Assembly: GCA_963816355.1 (NCBI GenBank)
Contig: CAWFKH010000003.1
Location: forward strand, 544,001-608,000
Reading direction: 5' to 3'
DNA: 64,000 nt
DNA from: an uncultured Gemmatimonadales bacterium
GTDB taxonomy: Bacteria > Gemmatimonadota > Gemmatimonadetes > Longimicrobiales > RSA9
Positions 1 to 8,652 of this stretch are shown piece after piece. Made by a program: the position numbers and the translations under genes. The notes under the pieces were generated by a model. The model was not told where the DNA came from. It made no database searches and saw only the letters and a list, made by a program, of their open reading frames with translations. The stretch's first letter is position 1. Each line of letters begins with the position of its first letter.

Positions 1-2
1 CG

Positions 3-42
3 CGACCCCGGACCGGCCCCGAGCGGGACCGGTCCGGGGTCG
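3..42. repeat. Inverted repeat/hairpin
   Basis: cgaccccggaccgg (3-16) is the exact reverse complement of ccggtccggggtcg (29-42); inner ccc-gagc-ggg extends the stem after one mismatch. Confidence 0.85.
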
Positions 43-45
43 GAT

Positions 46-146
46 CCCCGCGGACCCCCGGCAGGCAGGTCCCCCCCGCGGACCCCCGGCAGGCAGGTTC
101 CCCCCGCAGACCCCCGGGCAGGCAGGTTCCCCCCGCAGACCCCCGG
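46..146. repeat. Tandem repeat, 28-29 nt period, about 3.5 copies
   Basis: Core gc(g/a)gacccccgg starts at 50, 78, 106 and 135; the first three copies continue with caggcaggt. Confidence 0.85.
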
Positions 147-156
147 ACCCCACGCC

Positions 157-267
157 CCCCGCAGACCCCCTCCGCAGACCCCAGACCGGCAGTACGCCGT
201 CTGCGGCCCGCACGAGGCTCACGCGGTAGACCCCGCAGACCCCCTCCGCAGACCCCAGACCGGCAGT
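157..267. repeat. Two identical 37-nt direct repeats separated by a 37-nt spacer
   Basis: ccccgcagaccccctccgcagaccccagaccggcagt at 157-193 and 231-267. Confidence 0.85.
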
Positions 268-303
268 GGCTCCGCCCGGTACCCTGCCGGACCCACCCCA
301 GCC

Positions 304-332
304 TTGACAGCCGCTTGCCCTGCCCCTACTCT
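304..332 (+). promoter_or_regulatory. Sigma70-type promoter of rplM operon
   Basis: TTGACA-17nt-TACTCT. Confidence 0.75.
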
Positions 333-374
333 AAAAAGCTGTCCCGCGAAGGCCGGATCATGACTGGGGTACGA

Positions 375-803
375 ATGAAGACCTATACGCCGAAGGCCAC
401 CGAGATCGAGCGCAGGTGGTGGATCGTCGACGCGGACGGGAAAGTCCTCGGCCGGCTGGCGAGCGAGATCGCAACGGTGCTGCGCGGCAAGCACAAGCCG
501 ATGTTCACGCCGCATCTGGATGTGGGCGACTACGTCGTCGTCGTCAACGCGGAGAAGGTGCGCCTGACCGGGCGCAAGGCGGAGACGAAGACGTACTTCC
601 GGCACACCGGATACATGGGCGGCGCGAAGCACATCCCGTTCCGAACGATGATCGAGAAGCACCCGGAGCGGGTGATCGATCGCGCAGTGCGGGGGATGCT
701 GCCGAAGAACAACCTGGGACGCCTGATGCGCCGCAAGCTGAAGGTTTACGCGGGTCCCGAGCACCCGCACGCGGGGCAGCAGCCGCAGCCGCTGGAGATC
801 TGA
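375..803 (+). CDS. rplM: 50S ribosomal protein L13
   Basis: MKTYTPK...[16 protein letters not shown]...[11 protein letters not shown]; start moved to ATG 375. Confidence 0.98.
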   Translation: MKTYTPKATEIERRWWIVDADGKVLGRLASEIATVLRGKHKPMFTPHLDVGDYVVVVNAEKVRLTGRKAETKTYFRHTGYMGGAKHIPFRTMIEKHPERVIDRAVRGMLPKNNLGRLMRRKLKVYAGPEHPHAGQQPQPLEI

Positions 804-804
804 G

Positions 805-1206
805 ATGGCGGAGACGACGACGGAGCAGTACCGCGGCCTGGGGCGCCGCAAGACGAGCGTGGCGCGGGTGTACCTGCGGCCGGGCTCGGGCGCCTGGGCG
901 ATCAACGGACGCGGCCTGGACGAGTATTTCCCACGCTCCTCCCATCGTACGATGGCGTCGGAGCCGCTCGCGCTCGCGGAGGCGCAATCGCGCTTCGACG
1001 TGATGGTGCGGGTGTCCGGCGGGGGTGAGACGGGGCAGGCGGGCGCGATCCGGCTGGGCGTGGCGCGCGCGCTGGTGAGCTACGATGCGGAGCTGCGGGC
1101 GGCGCTGCGGGAGCGGGGCATGCTGACGCGGGATCCGCGGGTGGTCGAGCGCAAGAAGCCCGGCCGGCCGAAGGCGCGCAAGCGCTTCCAGTTCTCGAAG
1201 CGCTGA
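805..1206 (+). CDS. rpsI: 30S ribosomal protein S9
   Basis: GRRKTSVARV, GGGETGQAGA, C-terminal QFSKR. Confidence 0.98.
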   Translation: MAETTTEQYRGLGRRKTSVARVYLRPGSGAWAINGRGLDEYFPRSSHRTMASEPLALAEAQSRFDVMVRVSGGGETGQAGAIRLGVARALVSYDAELRAALRERGMLTRDPRVVERKKPGRPKARKRFQFSKR

Positions 1207-1221
1207 TCGCGCTCGAGCCAA

Positions 1222-1303
1222 TACTCACACCGCCGGACGTGCCCGCCGGGGTCCCAGAGATGGGTGGCGGGGCGGACGAAGGCGCGTGGACGACGCAACC
1301 CCG
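1222..1303 (+). ncRNA. rpsB (S2/t44-like) leader RNA
   Basis: ACTCACAC...CCGGGGT (GGGGT 1248-1252)...GTGGA...AACCCC (1297-1302): the GGGGU/ACCCC pairing typical of S2 autoregulatory leaders, directly 5' of rpsB. Confidence 0.7.
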
Positions 1304-1321
1304 AGGCGATACGGACGGCGA

Positions 1322-2185
1322 ATGGCGGAGACGCAGCTGAAGGAGCTACTGGAGGCCGGAGTCCATTTCGGCCATCAGTCCAGCCGATGGAACCCGAAGA
1401 TGCGCAAGTTCATCTTTGCGCGGCGCAACGGGATCCACATCATCGATCTGAAGAAGACGCAGGCGGCGCTGGAGATCGCCAGGCAGGCGGCGCGGCGGGT
1501 GACGTTGGACGGGGGGCGCGTGCTTTTCGTCTGTACGAAGCGGCAGCTGCGGCCGATCGTCGAGGCGGAGGCGGAGCGGTGCGGTGCCTTCTACGTGACG
1601 GAGCGCTGGCTGGGCGGCACGCTGACGAATTTCACGACGATCAAGAAGCAGATCCGTCGGTTGAAGGAGTTGGAGCGGGGACTCGAGGAGGGCAGCTTCG
1701 AGTTCTACACGAAGAAAGAGCAGCTCCTGCTGTCGCGTGAGCGCCTGAAGCTGGACAAGTACCTTTCCGGCGTGAAGGACATGGCGCGCCTGCCGGGGGC
1801 GCTCTTCGTGGTGGACGCGAAGAAGGAGCTGATCGCGGTTCGCGAGGCGAACAAGCTCGGCATCCCGGTCCTGGCGATCACGGACACGAACGCGGACCCG
1901 GACGCGATCGACTTCCCGATTCCGGGCAACGACGACGCGATCCGTTCGGTGTCGGTGATCACGGGCGCGATCGCGGACGCGATCGCCGAGGCGCGGCGTG
2001 AGCTGCCGCCGGAGGAGCGGCGCCGCGCGGACGCGGCCGAGACGACGACGTACTCGTCGGAGGTCGGGATGACGCAGGAGGCGGAGGACCGGCGGCCGAA
2101 GCGGCGTCCGCGTCGCAAGCGGCGGCCGAGGCCGGAGGTGATCGCGAACCTGCGCGGTGGAGAAGAGCAGGAAGAGGGCGAGTAG
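1322..2185 (+). CDS. rpsB: 30S ribosomal protein S2
   Basis: LLEAGVHFGHQ..RWNPKM, ERWLGGTLTN, PGNDDAIRS; start ATG 1322. Confidence 0.98.
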   Translation: MAETQLKELLEAGVHFGHQSSRWNPKMRKFIFARRNGIHIIDLKKTQAALEIARQAARRVTLDGGRVLFVCTKRQLRPIVEAEAERCGAFYVTERWLGGTLTNFTTIKKQIRRLKELERGLEEGSFEFYTKKEQLLLSRERLKLDKYLSGVKDMARLPGALFVVDAKKELIAVREANKLGIPVLAITDTNADPDAIDFPIPGNDDAIRSVSVITGAIADAIAEARRELPPEERRRADAAETTTYSSEVGMTQEAEDRRPKRRPRRKRRPRPEVIANLRGGEEQEEGE

Positions 2186-2215
2186 CCCCCCCTCGCGGCC
2201 GGCTCAGCGCCTTTG

Positions 2216-2259
2216 AAGCGCTGCAGCGCTGCAGCCCTGCAGCCCTGCGGCGCTTTTTT
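2216..2259 (+). terminator. Intrinsic terminator/attenuator between rpsB and tsf
   Basis: aagcgctgcag...ctgcggcgctt stem with inner gctgca/tgcagc, ending in T6. Confidence 0.65.
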
Positions 2260-2365
2260 GCGGGGATGACGGAACGGCAGATGGCGTCGGCGACGGAGGG
2301 GCGGAGCGGAGGGTGGTGGCCGGCGGTACGGGCGATAACGGAGCAGACGGGAGGATAGAGGATCC

Positions 2366-2959
2366 ATGACGATCAGCGCGGCGCAGGTGAAGGATTTGCG
2401 GGACCGGACCGGGGCCGGAATGATGGACTGCAAGAAGGCGCTCGAGGAGAACGCGGGCGACGTCGAGGCGGCCATCCACTACCTTCGTGCGCGGGGCGTG
2501 GCGAAGGCCGCGAAGCGCGCGGGCAAGGAGGCGACGGAGGGCGCGATCGGGAGCTACGTCCACATGGGCGGCAAGATCGGCGTGCTGGTGGAGGTGAGCT
2601 GCGAGACGGACTTCGTAGCGCGTACGGAGGCGTTCCAGGAGCTGGTACGCGACGTGGCGATGCACATCGCGGCGAGCGCGCCGCTGGCGTTGACGCCGTC
2701 GGAGATCCCCGCCGACGTGGTGGAGCGGGAGCGCTCCGTCTTCGTCGAGCAGGTGAAGAACGAGGGGAAGCCGGAGCGGATCCGCGACCGCATCGTGGAG
2801 GGGAAGCTGCAGCGCTTCTTCCGTGAGCAAGCGCTGCTGGAGCAGCCGTTCGTGAAGGACCCGGACAAGTCCGTCGGCCAGCTGGTGACGGAGGTGTCGG
2901 CGAAGACCGGCGAGAAGATCGAGATTCGACGCTTCGTTCGCTACGCGCTCGGGGACTGA
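2366..2959 (+). CDS. tsf: Elongation factor Ts (short form)
   Basis: [26 protein letters not shown]. Confidence 0.97.
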   Translation: MTISAAQVKDLRDRTGAGMMDCKKALEENAGDVEAAIHYLRARGVAKAAKRAGKEATEGAIGSYVHMGGKIGVLVEVSCETDFVARTEAFQELVRDVAMHIAASAPLALTPSEIPADVVERERSVFVEQVKNEGKPERIRDRIVEGKLQRFFREQALLEQPFVKDPDKSVGQLVTEVSAKTGEKIEIRRFVRYALGD

Positions 2960-3014
2960 GGGAGCGGGGTCGAGGGGGGCGGGCATTGACGCAGCGGCAA
3001 CGCGGAGGCGCGAC

Positions 3015-3737
3015 TTGACTGAGGCGACCAGACCGAAATACGGGCGCGTCCTGCTGAAGTTCAGCGGCGAGGCGTTGGCCGGAGAGCAGGGATTCGGGAT
3101 CGCGCCCCGGGTGGTCGACCGGGTGACGGAGGATGTGAAGCGGGTGCACGCGATGGGCGTGGCGCTGGGGGTGGTGATCGGCGGCGGCAACATCGTGCGG
3201 GGCACGCAGGCGAGCGAGCAGGGGATGGACCGCGTGAGCGCCGACTACATGGGGATGCTCGCGACGATCATCAACGGCCTGGCGCTGCAGGACAAGCTGG
3301 AGAGCAAGGGGGTCGAGACGCGCGTCATGACGGCGATCCGCATGGACGAGCTGGCGGAGCCCTACATCCGGCGTCGCGCCCTGCGACATCTGGAGAAGGG
3401 TCGCGTGGTGATCTTCGCGGGAGGCACGGGGAACCCGTACTTTTCGACGGACACCGCGGCGGTGCTGCGCGCGATCGAGATGAACGCGGATGTCGTGGTG
3501 AAGGCGACGAAGGTGGAGGGCGTCTACACGGCGGATCCCGTGACGGATCCGGACGCGGAGTTCATCCCGCGGCTGAGCTTCCAGGAAGTGCTGGCGAGGG
3601 AGCTGGGAGTGATGGACGCGGCGGCGTTCTCGCTGTGCAAGGACAACGGCCTGCCGATCATCGTGCTGAACCCGCAGCACGAAGGTGCGCTGACGGCGGC
3701 CATCCGCGGTGAGCGGGTGGGAACGCTGGTCTGCTGA
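3015..3737 (+). CDS. pyrH: UMP kinase
   Basis: [31 protein letters not shown] start. Confidence 0.97.
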   Translation: MTEATRPKYGRVLLKFSGEALAGEQGFGIAPRVVDRVTEDVKRVHAMGVALGVVIGGGNIVRGTQASEQGMDRVSADYMGMLATIINGLALQDKLESKGVETRVMTAIRMDELAEPYIRRRALRHLEKGRVVIFAGGTGNPYFSTDTAAVLRAIEMNADVVVKATKVEGVYTADPVTDPDAEFIPRLSFQEVLARELGVMDAAAFSLCKDNGLPIIVLNPQHEGALTAAIRGERVGTLVC

Positions 3738-3785
3738 ACGGCGCCCGACTACGTTTTGCGCGGGGACGACCGAACTGGAGGAGAG

Positions 3786-4337
3786 ATGCCGACGATAGCG
3801 GAGGCGCGGGCGCAGATGGAGCGTGCCGTGGACGCGATGCGGCGGGAGTTCGCGTCGGTGCGAACCGGCAAGGCGACGCCCGCGCTGCTCGACACGGTGC
3901 GGGTGGACGCCTACGGCAGCAAGATGCCGCTGAACCAGGTCGCGACGGTGAACACGCCGGAGCCGCGTCTGTTCGTGATCCAGCCGTGGGACAAGGGTCT
4001 GATGCAGGCGATCGAGAAGGCGATCCAGGTCGCCGACCTCGGGCTCAACCCGTCGAACGACGGCACGCTCATCCGCGTGCCGGTCCCCGCGATGAACGAG
4101 GAGCGCCGCAGGGAGATGGCGCGCCTCCTTCACAAGCTCGCCGAGGAGGGCCGCATCGCGGTGCGCCACGCGCGTCAGGAAGGCAACAAGGTGATCAAGC
4201 AGCGCCAGGCGGACGGCGAGATCAGCGAGGACCAGGAGCACCGGGAGATCGAGCAGATCCAGAAGCTTACGGACGAGCACATCGGCAAGATCGACCAGAT
4301 GCTCGCCGCGAAGGAAGCGGAGGTGATGGAGGTCTGA
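3786..4337 (+). CDS. frr: Ribosome recycling factor
   Basis: RTGKATPALLD, GLNPSNDG; SD GGAGGAG before ATG 3786. Confidence 0.97.
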   Translation: MPTIAEARAQMERAVDAMRREFASVRTGKATPALLDTVRVDAYGSKMPLNQVATVNTPEPRLFVIQPWDKGLMQAIEKAIQVADLGLNPSNDGTLIRVPVPAMNEERRREMARLLHKLAEEGRIAVRHARQEGNKVIKQRQADGEISEDQEHREIEQIQKLTDEHIGKIDQMLAAKEAEVMEV

Positions 4338-4360
4338 GGCCGATTCCTCCATCGACGACA

Positions 4361-5239
4361 ATGCCGCGGTCGGATCTCGCGAAGCGCGTCGCCGTCGCCG
4401 CCGTCGGCATCCCGGCGACCGTCGCCCTGATCTACGCCGGCGGGCTGTGGCTCGGCGCCGCCCTCGCCGCGATCGCCGCCCTCGGCACGCTGGAGTTCTG
4501 CCGCCTCGCCGCGGGCCGCGGCGCACGGCCCTTCACGCTCGCCGCCATGATCGTCGCCGCTGCGCTCGTCCTCGCGAGCGCCGCGCGTCCCCACCTCGCC
4601 GACATCGCGACGTCGCTCTGGAGCCTTTCGCTGCTTCTCCTGTTGGGTGCGGCCGCGGCCGCCGTCGTCGGCCGCCGGCCGGACGGACGACCGCTGTTCT
4701 CCATCACCGCGACGGTCGCCGGCGCGCTCTACACCGGCGGCACGCTCGCGTACGCGCTCTTCCTGCGTCATTTCGGCCGCGGCGCGACGGACGCGCTGGC
4801 GGGCGCGACGATGGTGGCGTTTCCGATCGCGCTCACCTGGCTGAACGACACGTTCGCCTTCTTCGCAGGACGGCGGTGGGGCCGGCGCAAGCTGATTCCG
4901 GCCGTGAGTCCGGGGAAGACGGTGGTCGGCGCGGTTGCAGGCCTCGTCGGCACGACGATCTGCGGCGCCCTGTACGCAGCGCTCGTCTTCCAGGCGTGGG
5001 CGGCCGTGCCGCTCGGGATCGTGGCGGGCGCGCTGGGAGGGGCTCTGCTCTCCGTCGCCGCGCAGGTCGGCGACCTCGCCGAGTCGCTGCTCAAGCGGGA
5101 GGCCGGCGTGAAGGACTCCGGCTCGATCTTCCCCGGACATGGGGGCGCGCTCGACCGCTTCGACGCGCTCTTCTTCACGCTTCCGCTCGCGTACTGGTAC
5201 CTCGCGTGGATGCTCGGCCCCCTGCCGGTGCGGCCGTGA
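4361..5239 (+). CDS. cdsA: Phosphatidate cytidylyltransferase
   Basis: Hydrophobic; SPGKT, ESLLKREAGVKDSGSIFPGHGGALDRFD. Confidence 0.95.
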   Translation: MPRSDLAKRVAVAAVGIPATVALIYAGGLWLGAALAAIAALGTLEFCRLAAGRGARPFTLAAMIVAAALVLASAARPHLADIATSLWSLSLLLLLGAAAAAVVGRRPDGRPLFSITATVAGALYTGGTLAYALFLRHFGRGATDALAGATMVAFPIALTWLNDTFAFFAGRRWGRRKLIPAVSPGKTVVGAVAGLVGTTICGALYAALVFQAWAAVPLGIVAGALGGALLSVAAQVGDLAESLLKREAGVKDSGSIFPGHGGALDRFDALFFTLPLAYWYLAWMLGPLPVRP

Positions 5240-6387
5240 CGGCGGGGATCGCGTTGCTCGGATCGACCGGCTCGATCGGCCGGAGCGCGCTGCGCGTGAT
5301 GGCGCGCCACCCGGACCGCTTCAAGCCGGTCGTGCTGTCGGCCTACGACGGCGCCGCCGAGCTCGCGGAGCAGGCCGCGCGCTTCGCGCCGCGGCTGGCG
5401 GTGCTCGCCGACGCCGCGGCCACGCCGCCGTCCTCTGCCGCGGCGGGCGCCACGGAGTGGCGTTGCGGGGCGGACGCGCTGCTCGATGCGGTCGCCCGCG
5501 AGGATATCGACGTCGTGCTGAACGCGGTGGTGGGCGCGGCAGGGCTCGAGGCGTCGCTCGCCGCGCTCCGCGCGGGCAAGCGGCTGGCGCTGGCGAACAA
5601 GGAGTCGCTGGTGGCCGGGGGCGAGCTCGTGCTGAATGCGTTGCGCGAGGGCGGCGGTTCCCTGATTCCGGTCGACAGCGAGCACGCGGCGATCTGGCAG
5701 TGTCTGGGAGGCCGCGACACGGCGGCGGTGCGGCGCGTGATGCTCACCGCCTCCGGCGGACCGTTCCGCGACCGTCCGCGCGAGGCGCTCGCGGCCGTCA
5801 CGCCGCGAGACGCGCTGCGCCACCCGACCTGGAGCATGGGTGCGAAGATCACGGTGGATTCCGCGACGCTGGCGAACAAGGCGCTCGAGGTGATCGAGGC
5901 CCACTTCCTCTTCGGGCTCCCGTACGACCGCATCGACGTCGTGATCCACCCGCAGTCCGTCGTGCACTCGATGGTCGAGTTCCGCGACGGCTCGGTGCTG
6001 GCGCAGCTCGGGCCGCCTTCCATGGAGCTGCCGATTCTGCAGGCGCTCTCCTATCCGGAGCGGATGGAGGACGGCGGCGTCGCCTTCGATCCGGTCGCCG
6101 CGGGGCCGCTCGCCTTCGAGGCGCTCGACGCGGAGCGCTTTCCCGCGTTCCGCCTGGGCCTCGCGGCCGGACGCGCCGGCGGCACCGCGCCCGCGGCGTT
6201 CAACGCGGCGAACGAGGAGGCGGTCGCCGCCTTCCTGGATGGGCGGCTGGAATTCCTCGGGATCGCGGACGTGATCGCGCGGGTAATGGAACGACACGTG
6301 CCGTCGGGAGCGGCGGACCTCGAGAGCGTGCTCGCTGCGGATCGTGAAGCGCGCGCCGAGGCGAGAACCATCATGGGAGGACGATGA
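5236..6387 (+). CDS. dxr: 1-deoxy-D-xylulose-5-phosphate reductoisomerase
   Basis: LGSTGSIG, LANKESLV, PVDSEH, HPTWSMGAKIT; GTG overlaps cdsA stop. Confidence 0.97.
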   Translation: MTAGIALLGSTGSIGRSALRVMARHPDRFKPVVLSAYDGAAELAEQAARFAPRLAVLADAAATPPSSAAAGATEWRCGADALLDAVAREDIDVVLNAVVGAAGLEASLAALRAGKRLALANKESLVAGGELVLNALREGGGSLIPVDSEHAAIWQCLGGRDTAAVRRVMLTASGGPFRDRPREALAAVTPRDALRHPTWSMGAKITVDSATLANKALEVIEAHFLFGLPYDRIDVVIHPQSVVHSMVEFRDGSVLAQLGPPSMELPILQALSYPERMEDGGVAFDPVAAGPLAFEALDAERFPAFRLGLAAGRAGGTAPAAFNAANEEAVAAFLDGRLEFLGIADVIARVMERHVPSGAADLESVLAADREARAEARTIMGGR

Positions 6388-7823
6388 TCATCACGCTGCT
6401 GGCGACCGCCGTGGTCCTCGGCGTGCTCATCCTCGTCCACGAGCTCGGTCACTTCGTCGTGGCGAAGCTGGTGGACATCGAGGTGCCCCGCTTCTCCATC
6501 GGGCTCGGTCCGAAGCTCGTCGGCTTCCGTCGCGGCGAGACCGAATACGTCGTTTCGTGGATCCCGCTCGGCGGCTACGTGAAGATGGCCGGGATGGAGG
6601 AGATGGAGGCGTTGGAGGGCGGGCCCGCCGCTCGCGAGGAGGAGGAGCGCGATTCTGCCGCTCGGGACGAGAAGCGCGATTCTGCCGATCGGGAGGAGGG
6701 GGCGGCCGCCGCGGCGGAGGCCGGCGCGCGACGCGAGCCGGGACCGCGCGACTTCGAGTCGAAGTCGCTCGGCGCGCGGGCGCTCGTCATCTCCGCCGGC
6801 GTGGTGATGAACGTCGTCCTGGCGTTCGTCATCTACACCTTCAGCGCGCTGGTGTGGGGCGTGGCGCATGCGCCGCCCGCGCGCATCGCGCACGTGGACT
6901 CCGCGGCGCTACCGGCGGGGACGGAGGCGCTGGAGCGGCTGCCGGTGGGGGCGCACATCCTCGCGATCGGCGACGATCGCGTGGCCGACTGGGAGGACTT
7001 CGTGCGCCGCCTGGCGACGGCTCCGGCGGGTCCGACGGAGCTGCGGCTGGAGCACGGGCCGGCGCTGCGCCTCGACCTCCCCTCGGAGGAGGAGGCGCGC
7101 GGCGCCCTCGTCGGGGCGCTGCAGCCGGTGGTCGAGCTGGAGCCGGTGATCGGCGCCGTGGAGCAGGGGATGCCCGCCGACTCCGCGGGGCTGAAGCCGG
7201 GCGACCGCGTCGTCTCGGCGGGTGGGCGGCCGGTGCGCACGTGGCAGGACCTCGTCAACGTCGTACGCGTTCGGCCGCGCCAGGCGACGACGGTGGTCGT
7301 CGAGCGCGACGGCCAGCGCCTGCAGGTCGAGCTCACGCCGACCGCGCGCGCGATCGAGGGCGACGGCACGGAGGCGAACGTCGGTCAGATCGGCGTCTAC
7401 AGCCGCATTCCGATCGACCATCCCGGACCGGTCGGCGCGGTGGTCGAGGGCGCGCACCAGACCTGGTACTGGGTCTCCTTCACGGTCGAGTTCCTTGCCG
7501 AGCTGGTCACCGGTCACGCCTCGCCGCGCAACCTCGGCGGCCCGATCCTGATCGGGAAGCTGAGCGGGGAGATGGCGCGCGCCGGCCTGCAGCCGCTGCT
7601 CGGCTTCATGGCGCTGCTCTCCATCAACTTGGCGATCTTCAACCTCCTGCCGATCCCGGTCCTGGACGGCGGGCACCTGCTCTTCCTGGGCGTGGAAGCG
7701 GTGCGCGGCCGTGCGCTCTCCATCGAGCAACGCGCGCGGTTGAGCCAGGTGGGCCTGCTCTTCCTCGTCGCGTTGATGGTCTGGGTGGTGGCGAACGACG
7801 TGCTGCGGCTGATCGGGATCTGA
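6384..7823 (+). CDS. rseP: RIP metalloprotease RseP
   Basis: HELGH, PDZ region, NLLPIPVLDGGH. Confidence 0.95.
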   Translation: MIITLLATAVVLGVLILVHELGHFVVAKLVDIEVPRFSIGLGPKLVGFRRGETEYVVSWIPLGGYVKMAGMEEMEALEGGPAAREEEERDSAARDEKRDSADREEGAAAAAEAGARREPGPRDFESKSLGARALVISAGVVMNVVLAFVIYTFSALVWGVAHAPPARIAHVDSAALPAGTEALERLPVGAHILAIGDDRVADWEDFVRRLATAPAGPTELRLEHGPALRLDLPSEEEARGALVGALQPVVELEPVIGAVEQGMPADSAGLKPGDRVVSAGGRPVRTWQDLVNVVRVRPRQATTVVVERDGQRLQVELTPTARAIEGDGTEANVGQIGVYSRIPIDHPGPVGAVVEGAHQTWYWVSFTVEFLAELVTGHASPRNLGGPILIGKLSGEMARAGLQPLLGFMALLSINLAIFNLLPIPVLDGGHLLFLGVEAVRGRALSIEQRARLSQVGLLFLVALMVWVVANDVLRLIGI

Positions 7824-7830
7824 GGACGCT

Positions 7831-8652
7831 TCAGAACAGGCGCAGCTGATCCGGCCCGGCGCTGCGGCGGAGCGCTTCGACGTCGACCGGGTCGAGCGGC
7901 GCGTCCTGGCGGGCGACCTCGAGGACGCCGCGGAAGCCGCGTGCGTCGAGGCTCTCTGCGACGGTGTCGCGCGCCAGAGCGGCGTCGTTGCAGTGCTCGC
8001 TCAGGTGGGCGAGGATGACACCGGCGAGGCGCGGTCCGTGGAGCTCGGCGGCGAGCTCCGCGGAGGCGTGGTTGGAAAGGTGCCCGTGGCTCGAGGCGAT
8101 GCGCTGCTTGACCGACCACGGGTACGGCCCGCTCCACAGCATCGATTCGTCGTGGTTCGCCTCCAGCACCAGCAGATCGCACTCCGCGAGCGAGTGGCGC
8201 ACGGCGGCCGTCGGGCGGCCGAGGTCGGTCGCGATCCCCAGCTTCAGACCGGTCCGCCGGTGGGCGACGGTGACCGCGATCGGGTCGATCGCGTCGTGCA
8301 CCGTGAGGAACGGCTGCACCTCGAGCGGCCCGATCGAGAAGGGCCGCATTGCGGAATAGGCGTGTACGCGCTCGTCGCCGCGTAGCAGCCGTCGGCAGGC
8401 GCGGCGGGTCGGCTCCGTGATGTAGAGGACCAGGTCGAAGCGGCGCGCCAGCACGCCCATGCCGCGCGTGTGGTCGCCGTGCTCGTGCGTGATGACGACG
8501 CCCGCGAGCGATGCCGGATCGACGCCGACGGCGCGCAGCCGGCGATCGATGTCGCGCCCGCTGAAGCCGGCGTCGACGAGGATGCGCACGCCGTCCGCTT
8601 CGACGAGCGTCGCGTTGCCGGTGCTGCCGCTGCCCAGGACGGTGACCCTCAC
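7831..8652 (-). CDS. MBL-fold metallohydrolase (YycJ/WalJ-like)
   Basis: LGSGSTGN, THEHGDH, HDA, TDLG, LEANHD, GHLSN, AHLS. Confidence 0.9.
   Translation of the reverse strand: MRVTVLGSGSTGNATLVEADGVRILVDAGFSGRDIDRRLRAVGVDPASLAGVVITHEHGDHTRGMGVLARRFDLVLYITEPTRRACRRLLRGDERVHAYSAMRPFSIGPLEVQPFLTVHDAIDPIAVTVAHRRTGLKLGIATDLGRPTAAVRHSLAECDLLVLEANHDESMLWSGPYPWSVKQRIASSHGHLSNHASAELAAELHGPRLAGVILAHLSEHCNDAALARDTVAESLDARGFRGVLEVARQDAPLDPVDVEALRRSAGPDQLRLF

Noticed and set aside
157..267. CRISPR array
   Set aside because: Only two low-complexity, non-palindromic repeats, built from the neighbouring tandem motif; no cas genes or leader
2060..2185. Arg-rich S2 tail and acidic NusA/IF2 extensions
   Set aside because: Variable low-complexity extensions are common in these proteins
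4447..6387. Apparent N-terminal fusions in the ORF track (dxr, serS, pcrA, dut, lysA, nitrilase)
   Set aside because: Extensions are off-frame read-ins over the upstream gene; better starts lie at the overlap junctions
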